From Candidatus Methylomirabilis sp. (GTDB lineage: Bacteria > Methylomirabilota > Methylomirabilia > Methylomirabilales > Methylomirabilaceae): a stretch of 11,845 nucleotides of DNA. The position numbers and the translations under genes are program-made. Shown piece by piece: positions 1 through 6,832 of the stretch; the first letter of the stretch is position 1, and the number at the start of each line of letters is the position of its first letter. The stretch lies in the NCBI GenBank assembly GCA_041498975.1, contig JBGQJI010000076.1, positions 1 through 11,845 on the forward strand. Reading direction: 5' to 3'. The notes beneath the pieces were generated by a model, which was not told the DNA's origin, did no database searches, and was given only the letters and a program-made list of their open reading frames with translations.

Positions 1-116
1 CCAGCCGTCGGTCCGGCCGGCATGCCGCCGCATCCGGTCAGCAGCGCGCCGAGGAACGCTGCGCCGGCGAGTACAATGAATGTGCGTCGAATAGAGGTCA
101 CCGCTTTCCTCGCCAT
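1..116 (-). CDS. N-terminus of a probable lipoprotein (runs off the left edge), possibly Tat-exported
   Basis: ATG at 116 preceded by AGGGAGATAAGGAA. Translation MARKAVTSIRRTFIVLAGAAFLGALLTGCGGMPAGPTA shows a basic n-region with RRTFI, a hydrophobic h-region and lipobox LTG-C (Cys29). Not in the ORF track because it is truncated. Confidence 0.75.
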   Translation of the reverse strand, partial: MARKAVTSIRRTFIVLAGAAFLGALLTGCGGMPAGPTA

Positions 117-277
117 TTCCTTATCTCCCTTATTGAAGCCGACCGGAATATGGAACCAGTCGCCGTATGCTGGTGCCTAACAACGAGTCGAGGGGAAACA
201 CGAGCGCGCTCGAACAGCTCGACCTCCGCCTCGACCTTCTCGGCGATCCCTTCGATCCTGCCATTTGATTGGATCAT
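98..277 (-). pseudogene. Possible degraded remnant of the N-terminus of a CofH/MqnC-like radical SAM gene (59-aa ORF)
   Basis: MIQSNGRIEGIAEKVEAEVELFERA resembles the family N-terminal helix (compare SGLERVYRKVLEGTRLAVEDGLALYRT in the adjacent MqnE) with about 8 residues missing. The similarity then stops. It lies directly downstream of mqnE. Confidence 0.3.
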
Positions 278-300
278 AGGTGTGTTTCCCGCTCAAGAGA

Positions 301-354
301 CCCCCCTCATCGTTGTCCTCTCCCCCAACACCAGGAGAGAGGGATGGGTGGGGG
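301..354. repeat. Imperfect palindromic REP-like element (CCCCTCA...CCTCTCC-loop-GGAGAG.GG...GGGG type)
   Basis: CCCCCCTCATC...CCTCTCC-CCCAACACCA-GGAGAGAGG-GATGGGTGGGGG. Both the inner and outer arms pair imperfectly. Intergenic, 40 bp after the mqnE stop. Confidence 0.55.
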
Positions 355-394
355 CCGTGCTCGACGCGCAGGTGCGGCGCAGACTCATAGCGCC

Positions 395-1504
395 TCAGTT
401 CAGTGCGAGAGGGTGATACAAGGCATCGCGCTCAACCGGTTGCCGACCCGCCTCGCGAATCATCGCAATCAGTTGCTCATGGCGCAGCTCCTGGTGGTGG
501 GAGGTATCGCCCAGCGCATGCGTGATCTCGTAATGCGTGACCGTCCCGTCGATATCGTCCGCGCCATACCAGAGGGCGAGCTGCGCCACCGCCGGCGTGA
601 TCATGATCCAGAACGCCTTGACGTGGGGGAAGTTGTCCAGCAACAGCCTGGCGATGGCGATCTCGCGGAGGTTGGCGTATCCCGTGGTGATCGGGATGTG
701 ACTCAGCTCGGTGTTGGCCGGATCGAACGCCAGCGGGATGAAGCACATGAAGCCGCCCGTCTCGTCCTGCAGGTCACGAATATGGAGCAGGTGTTTCACC
801 TTCTCCTCGATGGTTTCGATGTGGCCGTACAGCATCGTGGCGTTGGAACGGAGGCCCGCCCGGTGCACTGCCCTGGCCACGTCGAACCACCCCTGGTTAT
901 CCAGCTTTGCCCGGAACAGCTCTTCATGCACGCGGTCGCTGAAGACCTCCGCCCCCCCGCCAGGACAGCAGTCGAGTCCGGCCGCTTTCAGGTCTCCCAA
1001 GACTTCGTCCATCGGCTTTTTCGCGGCTCGCTGGATCTGGGCCAGCTCGATCATCGTAAAGGCCTTCACGTGGACGTCCGGACGCACGTCCTTCACCGCC
1101 TTGACCAAGTCGAGATAGTACTGATACGGCAGCTTCGGGTTGATCCCGGCCACCATGTGGACCTCGCGAATCGGAACATCGCTTCTCTTGCGAATCCGGT
1201 CCTGAACCTCCTCGATGCTCAGTGCATACGCCCGCGCATCGCCGGGCAGCGCGTAGAAGGAACAGAACTTGCAACCTTTGTTGCAGATGTTCGTGTAATT
1301 GATGTGGAGGTTGCGGACGAAATAGGTCAGGTTTCCGCTCTTGTGCTCGCGGACCAGATTGGCGAGGTATCCCACCGAAGTGAGGTCTCGCGTCCGGTAG
1401 AGGGCCAGGCCGTCCTCGACCGCCAGACGCGTCCCTTCCAGCACCTTCCGATAGACCCGCTCCAGGCCGGAGGCGGCCAGCCTGGATTCCATGAGGCGAC
1501 TCAT
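395..1504 (-). CDS. mqnE: Aminofutalosine synthase MqnE (CofH/MqnE radical SAM family, futalosine menaquinone pathway)
   Basis: Radical SAM motif CNKGCKFC after NLHINYTNI, plus PGGGAEVF, NATMLYGHIE, LRDLQDETGGF-like and FIPLAF motifs. MqnE-type KAFWIM and GADDIDGTV..YEITH rather than the MqnC-type QASW. ATGA overlap with the upstream gene. Confidence 0.88.
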   Translation of the reverse strand: MSRLMESRLAASGLERVYRKVLEGTRLAVEDGLALYRTRDLTSVGYLANLVREHKSGNLTYFVRNLHINYTNICNKGCKFCSFYALPGDARAYALSIEEVQDRIRKRSDVPIREVHMVAGINPKLPYQYYLDLVKAVKDVRPDVHVKAFTMIELAQIQRAAKKPMDEVLGDLKAAGLDCCPGGGAEVFSDRVHEELFRAKLDNQGWFDVARAVHRAGLRSNATMLYGHIETIEEKVKHLLHIRDLQDETGGFMCFIPLAFDPANTELSHIPITTGYANLREIAIARLLLDNFPHVKAFWIMITPAVAQLALWYGADDIDGTVTHYEITHALGDTSHHQELRHEQLIAMIREAGRQPVERDALYHPLALN

Positions 1505-1821
1505 CCCCCCTGCCCCTTTCGGGAGCGTGCACCCTTGCCGGCAGACCCCTCGCTCAGCCGGTCGATCTGTTCGAGCAGGGCAACCGCCCTCAGTTCGTAA
1601 CTGTGGCGAGTCTGCTGATAGTCGTCAAGGGACAGCTTGCCGGCCTGATGATCGAATTCGACCTCCTTGATCGCCGCGTACAAGGTCTGCTTCTCGGCCA
1701 GGAGTTCCTGCAGCTCAGCGTTCTCCGACTCCGGCGGTGGGCCCTCCGAGGTCCTGAAGAAAGGCATCACCACCGGCGAGACGGCGAGAAAGACCAGGAG
1801 CGCGCCGACCAGGTACTCCAT
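1501..1821 (-). CDS. Small membrane-anchored CcmI N-terminal-like protein (106 aa, no TPR domain)
   Basis: Start re-called at ATG 1821, 4 nt after the ccmH stop. One N-terminal TM helix (YLVGALLVFLAVSPVVMPFF), then LYAAIKEVEFDHQAGKLSLDDYQQTRHSYE, matching the E-x-E-x-D-x3-G-x-L/I-x3-D/E-Y pattern of the CcmI/CycH cytoplasmic loop. Confidence 0.7.
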   Translation of the reverse strand: MEYLVGALLVFLAVSPVVMPFFRTSEGPPPESENAELQELLAEKQTLYAAIKEVEFDHQAGKLSLDDYQQTRHSYELRAVALLEQIDRLSEGSAGKGARSRKGQGG

Positions 1822-1825
1822 ACCG

Positions 1826-2302
1826 CTAGCGCCCCCACTCCTTGAGTTCCGCTTCGAGCCGGCCAGCGTACCGCGGATCAAGGGGGGGCAGTTCCCCCTT
1901 CTGCCGGGCTCTGCCCCTGGCCGCCCCGCGGCGAACCACCCAGCCGATGGCGCCGGCCCCGGCCAGGATGGCGCAGAACGGCAGCAGCCAGGCAACCCAG
2001 TTGAATCCCTGGCGCTTTGGAGCGAGGAGGATCCACTCGCCGTAGCGGCTCACGAAGTAGGCCCGGACCTGATCGGGACTCTCCCCATTCTTCAACTTCT
2101 CCCGAATCATGTCGCGCATCTGGTTGGCCATCTCCGATGGCGAGTCGCCCACCGACAGGTTCTGGCAGACCGGGCAGCGCAGCTCTGCGGCCAGCAGATG
2201 AGTCTGCTCCTCGACGCTTCCCGCAAGCAGGCCAGTCGGCCACACCCCGAGGACTGCCATCATCACCAGGGAGAAGACTGTTCTACGCATGCGTACCCCC
2301 AT
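1826..2302 (-). CDS. ccmH: Cytochrome c-type biogenesis protein CcmH
   Basis: Signal peptide, ELRCPVCQNLSVGDS (LRCxxC), YFVSRYGEWILLAP and a C-terminal TM helix. Alternative start ATG 2290. Confidence 0.93.
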   Translation of the reverse strand: MGVRMRRTVFSLVMMAVLGVWPTGLLAGSVEEQTHLLAAELRCPVCQNLSVGDSPSEMANQMRDMIREKLKNGESPDQVRAYFVSRYGEWILLAPKRQGFNWVAWLLPFCAILAGAGAIGWVVRRGAARGRARQKGELPPLDPRYAGRLEAELKEWGR

Positions 2303-2309
2303 TGCTCGG

Positions 2310-2373
2310 GAGTTCCGGGTGCCAGGTTCCGAAGCTTCCTAACTTGGAACTTGGCACATGGAACCTGGAACTT
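2310..2373. repeat. Inverted array of heptamer tandem repeats (RRGTTCC x3 / GGAACYT x4) forming a hairpin
   Basis: Left units gagttcc, gggtgcc, aggttcc (2310-2330); right units ggaactt, ggcacat, ggaacct, ggaactt (2346-2373). Fills the ccmG-ccmH gap. Confidence 0.85.
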
Positions 2374-2377
2374 CAAA

Positions 2378-2896
2378 TCAGAACATCTCCTCAATCTTCG
2401 ACCGCAACACCTGCTTGGTCAGGGCCCCGACATGCTTGTAGTGGATCGTGCCGTCTTTTCCGATGAAGAAGGTCTCAGGCACACCGTAGACCCCATAGTC
2501 GATCGAGAGCTTGCCCTGGAGATCGGGTCCGTTCGGAAAGGTCAGCTTGAACCGCTCAAGAAATGCCTTGGCGTCGGCTTCGCGATCCTGGATGTCCACC
2601 CCGATCACCATGACCCCCCGATCCCGGTAGGCTTGCCAGGCCGCCTCAAGGGCCGGCGCCTCTTCGTAGCAGGCCGGGAAACACCACGAGGCCCAGAAGT
2701 TCAGGACCACCGGTCTGCCGCGAAGCTGCTCAAGGCTGGTGCTCTCCCCGTCAAAGGGGCGCAGAGAGAACGGCGGGGCCGGCCGGCTCACCAACGGCGA
2801 TGGGACCTGGCGCGGGTCGGTCTTGAATCCGTAGGCCAAGAGCAAGAGCACCGGAAGGATGGCGGCGGGAACGATCAGCTTCTTCCAGGTTGCCAT
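2378..2896 (-). CDS. ccmG: Periplasmic thiol-disulfide oxidoreductase CcmG/DsbE (TlpA-like), 172 aa, with an atypical CX3C site
   Basis: Start re-called at ATG 2896 (SD AAGGAG upstream). N-terminal anchor, PSPLVSRPAPPFSL, VVLNFWASWCFPACYEE and the cis-Pro motif YGVYGVPETFFI. Lies between ccmF and ccmH. Confidence 0.88.
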   Translation of the reverse strand: MATWKKLIVPAAILPVLLLLAYGFKTDPRQVPSPLVSRPAPPFSLRPFDGESTSLEQLRGRPVVLNFWASWCFPACYEEAPALEAAWQAYRDRGVMVIGVDIQDREADAKAFLERFKLTFPNGPDLQGKLSIDYGVYGVPETFFIGKDGTIHYKHVGALTKQVLRSKIEEMF

Positions 2897-4875
2897 GCCA
2901 CCCGCTCCTTCACGGGCTCGGCAGCCAGCACCCGTCGCCGATCGGGCCAGATCGCCACGAGCGCCCCCAGGGCCATCACTGCGCCGCCGATCCAGATCCA
3001 CATCACCAGGGGGCGGATCAGCATCTTCAGCGTGGCTGAACTCCCGTCCTGAGCAAACGACGAGAGGATCAGGTAGAGATCTTCCCGGGGGGTCGAGCGG
3101 ACATCGACGCTGCCGATCGGTTGCTGCTCCGATCGATAGAACCGTTTGGAGGGCCGCATCTCTGCCACCTTGCGAGCCGCGTTGAACACCGTGAAGGTCC
3201 CCTGCACGACGAAGCGATGCGGCTCCTGCCACGCGGCCAGTTCATCGAATCGTACCTGGTACCGACCCAGGTGCAGCGACTCGCCCCGCTGCAGCGTCAC
3301 CTCCTTCTCCTGCCTGAAGACCGTCGAGGCGGTGATCCCGAGCACGACGAGGACCACACCAAGATGGACGATGAGGCCGCCGTGCCGCCTCCGGCTGCGA
3401 CGGGTCAGGTTCGACAACGCCGTGAGGTACCCCTCCCCGGTGAGCCGTCGCCGCGTCCGCGCGCCGCGCACAAACTCCTGGATGACTGTCGCGGCGGCAA
3501 AGACGGCCAGGGCGAAGGCGAGGAGCGGGTAGAGTCCCCGCACCCCAACAAACGAGGACACGCCGGTGCCCAGGAACGCCAGGAACAGGGGAATGGTGAA
3601 GGTGCGGCGCAGGCTCTCCAGCGAAGCACGCCGCCAGGCGATGAGCGGCCCGACCCCCATCAGGAAGATCAAGACCAATCCGATCGGGACGTTGACGGTG
3701 TTGAAGAACGGCTCGCCCACGCTCACCTTGACCCCGCGCACCGCCTCGGACAGCAGGGGAAAGAGCGTCCCAAGGAAGACCGCGAAGGCGAACCCCAGGA
3801 GCAGCAGATTGTTCATGAGAAAGGCGCTCTCCCGGGAAACCAGGGAGTCGAGGTCCCCCTCCGCCTTCAGGCCGTCGCTCCGGTACACCAGGAGGCTGAA
3901 AGAGACGAGGAGGATCAGGGCGATGAAGGCCAGGAAGAGCGGGCCGATGGTCGAATCCGAGAAGGCGTGAACGGACGAGAGGATGCCGCTTCGCGTGAGG
4001 AACGTGCCGAAGATGGTGAGCGAGAAGGTTGTGATGATCAGGGCCAGGTTCCAGACCTTCAACATCTTCCGCCGCTCCTGGACCATCACCGTGTGCAGGA
4101 AGGCGGTGCCGGTCAGCCAGGGCAGGAACGAGGCGTTCTCCACCGGGTCCCACGCCCAGTAGCCGCCCCATCCCAGGACGGCGTAGGACCACCAGCCGCC
4201 GAGGATGATCCCCATCGTCAGAAAGCCCCAGGCCACGATCGACCAGCGACGGACCGTCCTGATCCATTCCTCCCCGAGGTGCCCTCTGATCAGGGCGGCC
4301 ATCGCGAACGCGTAGGGGACCGACCACCCAACATAGCCGGTATAGAGGCACGGCGGGTGGACCCCCATCAGCGGGTGATTCTGCAGGAGAGGGTTGGGGC
4401 CCCGCCCGTCGGCCGGCGGCGGAAAGAGCGGCGTGAACGGATTGGCCGGAAACGCCGCCAGAAACAGGAAGAATGCCTGGATGCATAACAGCACGGCGGT
4501 CACGTAGGGGATCGCCTCGCGGCTGCGCCTCCCCTCGATCACCACGGCGAGAAGGCTCATGAGGGCGAGGATCCATATCCAGAGGAGGATCGACCCCTCG
4601 AGGGCGCTCCACAAGGCGATGATGGTGTAGAAGAGAGGCGTCCCAAGGCTGCCGTTCCTGGCCACAAACTGGACGCTGAAGTCACGGCCGACAAGCGCCG
4701 CCTCCATCAACAAGACGGCGAAGGTGGCCAACCCGAACACCGCGTAGACCGCACCCCGCCCGCTGTCCACGAGCGACGGCCTGCGCCGCCTCGCCCCCAT
4801 GACCGAGACGATCACCCCATAGAGAGCGATCCCAAGCGCCAACGCCAGACTGAAACGGCCAAGCGTCGAGATCAT
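2875..4875 (-). CDS. ccmF: Cytochrome c heme lyase (synthetase) subunit CcmF
   Basis: WWD motif WGGYWAWDPVENASFLPW, W-x3-EGS, NPLLQNHPLMGVHPP, conserved His in FLHT and SVHAF, TFLTRSG and HLGV. ATGA overlap with ccmE. Confidence 0.97.
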   Translation of the reverse strand: MISTLGRFSLALALGIALYGVIVSVMGARRRRPSLVDSGRGAVYAVFGLATFAVLLMEAALVGRDFSVQFVARNGSLGTPLFYTIIALWSALEGSILLWIWILALMSLLAVVIEGRRSREAIPYVTAVLLCIQAFFLFLAAFPANPFTPLFPPPADGRGPNPLLQNHPLMGVHPPCLYTGYVGWSVPYAFAMAALIRGHLGEEWIRTVRRWSIVAWGFLTMGIILGGWWSYAVLGWGGYWAWDPVENASFLPWLTGTAFLHTVMVQERRKMLKVWNLALIITTFSLTIFGTFLTRSGILSSVHAFSDSTIGPLFLAFIALILLVSFSLLVYRSDGLKAEGDLDSLVSRESAFLMNNLLLLGFAFAVFLGTLFPLLSEAVRGVKVSVGEPFFNTVNVPIGLVLIFLMGVGPLIAWRRASLESLRRTFTIPLFLAFLGTGVSSFVGVRGLYPLLAFALAVFAAATVIQEFVRGARTRRRLTGEGYLTALSNLTRRSRRRHGGLIVHLGVVLVVLGITASTVFRQEKEVTLQRGESLHLGRYQVRFDELAAWQEPHRFVVQGTFTVFNAARKVAEMRPSKRFYRSEQQPIGSVDVRSTPREDLYLILSSFAQDGSSATLKMLIRPLVMWIWIGGAVMALGALVAIWPDRRRVLAAEPVKERVAWQPGRS

Positions 4876-5327
4876 CGTCCCTCCTCCCGCGGCTTCATGA
4901 GCGTCCGGTACAGATCCTTCGCCTGAGCCTGCCCGGGATGGGGGGGGCGGTACTCTTCGGAATGCTTGGCGAGGATCGTGCTTGCCCTGAACAGGCTGCC
5001 ATTCGCGTACCTCCCCTCGACGATCGCGCCGGCGCCCTCCTTAAACAGGTCGGGGGGAGAGCCCGTGTGCTCGACCGCCACCTGCTCCTTCCCGTCGCTG
5101 AGCAGGAAGGTGAGTTGGAGGGTACGCGGCTCCCAGCGAAGCGAACCAGGGACAACCATCCCGCCGAGGCGGAATGACTTGTCGGCCGCCGACGCGCCCT
5201 TTGCCCTCAGTTCGGTCGGCGTGATGTAGTAGACGGCGGCCTCTCGGATGCCCCCGTAAATCAGATAGCCCAGCGCGGCCGCGACCACGATGCCCCCAAG
5301 CAGCAGCTTCGTCTTCTTCTTCATCAT
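4872..5327 (-). CDS. ccmE: Heme chaperone CcmE
   Basis: N-terminal TM helix, YYITPTEL, RLGGMVVPGS, PPDLFKEG and the canonical heme-binding LAKHSEEY (HxxxY). Confidence 0.96.
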   Translation of the reverse strand: MMKKKTKLLLGGIVVAAALGYLIYGGIREAAVYYITPTELRAKGASAADKSFRLGGMVVPGSLRWEPRTLQLTFLLSDGKEQVAVEHTGSPPDLFKEGAGAIVEGRYANGSLFRASTILAKHSEEYRPPHPGQAQAKDLYRTLMKPREEGR

Positions 5328-5470
5328 GCCGCCTCCTTCGAGTACCGCTTGAGGAGAGCCGCGACCTTCGCGGTCATCGCCTTCGTCCGCCTGTTCACCG
5401 ACACGAGATAGCAGAGCATGGCCGCAGCAGCCAAGAGATACGCCGCGAGAACATAGGGCCAGGGGTTCAC
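5324..5470 (-). CDS. ccmD: Heme exporter protein CcmD (48 aa)
   Basis: GTG at 5470 overlaps the ccmC TGA (GTGA), with GGAG 8 nt upstream. MNPWPYVLAAYLLAAAAMLCYLVSVNRRTK has the YV-x-AAY motif, one TM helix and a basic tail. Its stop overlaps the ccmE ATG. This is the 3' part of track ORF 5324..5659. Confidence 0.85.
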   Translation of the reverse strand: MNPWPYVLAAYLLAAAAMLCYLVSVNRRTKAMTAKVAALLKRYSKEAA

Positions 5471-6150
5471 CCGAGATTCTCCATTCTCAGGCGATTCAAC
5501 TCCCATCTGGCCTCCTCCAGCCGAAGCCGCTTGGCCAGGAAATACCCGTACAGGAACAGCCAGGCGGCGAGGTTGGTGTAGAGCGCCACCTGCATCTCCG
5601 GCGCCACCGTCGAGGGACCGGGCCTGAGGATCGACGGCGGCTGATGCAGGGTGCGCCACCAGACGACCGACATGTGGATGATCGGGATATCCAGGAAGCC
5701 GATGATCGCGAGGACCGCGCTGAAGACCGCCCCGCGGGAGTGGTCATCCACCAGCGCCCGGAGCATCAGATACCCGATGAAGATCAGGAGGAGGATGGTC
5801 GTGGTGGTCAGCCGGGCATCCCACGTCCACCAGGTCCCCCAGGTGGGCCGCCCCCAGATCGAGCCGGCCGCGATCGCCAAGGCGGTGAACAGCACGCCGA
5901 TCTCGGCTGAAGAGTGCGCAATCGCGTCGGCCCGGTCCCGACGACGCCACAGATACAGGATGCTCGCCACGAACACGATGAAAAAGGCAAGGTAGCTGAC
6001 CAGGATCAAGGGAACGTGCAGGTACATGATCCGCTGCACCTCCCCCTGCACCCCGTCGGGCGGGGCGTAGAGGAACCCCGCGTACAGGCCGATCAGCAGG
6101 CCGAGCGCCGCCAGAAGGCCGAGCGCCCGTTCGACACCACGCCCGGTCAT
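5467..6150 (-). CDS. ccmC: Heme exporter/transfer protein CcmC
   Basis: RIMYLHVP, WWD motif WGRPTWGTWWTWDARLT and WWRTLHQP. SD GAGGAG upstream. Confidence 0.97.
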   Translation of the reverse strand: MTGRGVERALGLLAALGLLIGLYAGFLYAPPDGVQGEVQRIMYLHVPLILVSYLAFFIVFVASILYLWRRRDRADAIAHSSAEIGVLFTALAIAAGSIWGRPTWGTWWTWDARLTTTTILLLIFIGYLMLRALVDDHSRGAVFSAVLAIIGFLDIPIIHMSVVWWRTLHQPPSILRPGPSTVAPEMQVALYTNLAAWLFLYGYFLAKRLRLEEARWELNRLRMENLG

Positions 6151-6154
6151 CTCT

Positions 6155-6832
6155 TCACTCCTCGACCAGATACTCGAACGTCATCAACGACACCACGAGA
6201 ACCACGATATCGAACGCCGCCATCAGCTTCAGCCATGGCACGGCAAGTTCGAACGGCTCGCCGTGCAGGACGACCTCCGTCCCCCTGACCGCAGCGAGGA
6301 GCAGGGGAATCGTCACCGGGAAGAGGAGAAACGGCAGCATCGCCTCACGCGCCCGAAGCCCGGCCGTCATGGTGGACAAGAGAGTCCCCGCTGCGGCCAA
6401 TCCGAGCGTGCCCGGCACGGCGATCACCATCAGCTTGGGGAGTTGCGCCCAGAGATCCATATTGTACAGGACGGCAAAGATGGGCAGGATCACCAACTCG
6501 ACCACCAGGATCGAGCTGAAATTGCCGACTAGCTTCCCCAGATAGATCGCTTCTCGCTGGGCCGGATACAGCAGCAAGCCATCCAAACAGTCGTTCTCCA
6601 GCTCACCCTGGACCGATCGCGACAGGCCGAGCACGCTGGTGAACGTGAAGGCCAACCAGAGCAAGCCGGAGGACGCTCCACGAATCAGGGCCTGATCGGC
6701 TCCAAGGGCGAAGCTGAAGAGGAAGAGGACCAGGAAGGCAAAATAGAACATCGCCGTGACGCTTTCCCGGTCCCGCCATTCGGCAAGCAAGTCTTTCCGT
6801 GCGATCGCCCAGACGCGCCGCGAAAAGCTCAT
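6155..6832 (-). CDS. ccmB: Heme exporter permease CcmB
   Basis: IARKDLLAEWR, GLLW, LDGLLLYP, YLGK and LPFLLFPVTIPLL, with multiple TM helices. ATGA overlap with ccmA and SD GGAGG. Confidence 0.95.
   Translation of the reverse strand: MSFSRRVWAIARKDLLAEWRDRESVTAMFYFAFLVLFLFSFALGADQALIRGASSGLLWLAFTFTSVLGLSRSVQGELENDCLDGLLLYPAQREAIYLGKLVGNFSSILVVELVILPIFAVLYNMDLWAQLPKLMVIAVPGTLGLAAAGTLLSTMTAGLRAREAMLPFLLFPVTIPLLLAAVRGTEVVLHGEPFELAVPWLKLMAAFDIVVLVVSLMTFEYLVEE

Noticed and set aside
293..388. 31-codon ORF right after mqnE (MSLRRTCASSTAP...) as a possible mqnA stub or small protein
   Set aside because: It is mostly made of the palindromic repeat and has no convincing similarity to anything I recognise.
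2897..3232. N-terminal extensions of track ORFs for ccmG (3232), the ccmI-like gene (1995), ccmD (5659), ccmA (7638) and lipB (10298)
   Set aside because: The extensions overlap upstream genes or debris and read as low-complexity sequence. Downstream starts have better SD sites, stop/start coupling or family-typical N-termini.
269..4488. Long plus-strand ORFs 269..1600, 1667..3052 and 3121..4488, and the alternate-frame minus ORF 3242..4612
   Set aside because: They are antisense or frame shadows of mqnE and the ccm genes, expected in high-GC DNA, and carry no recognisable motifs.
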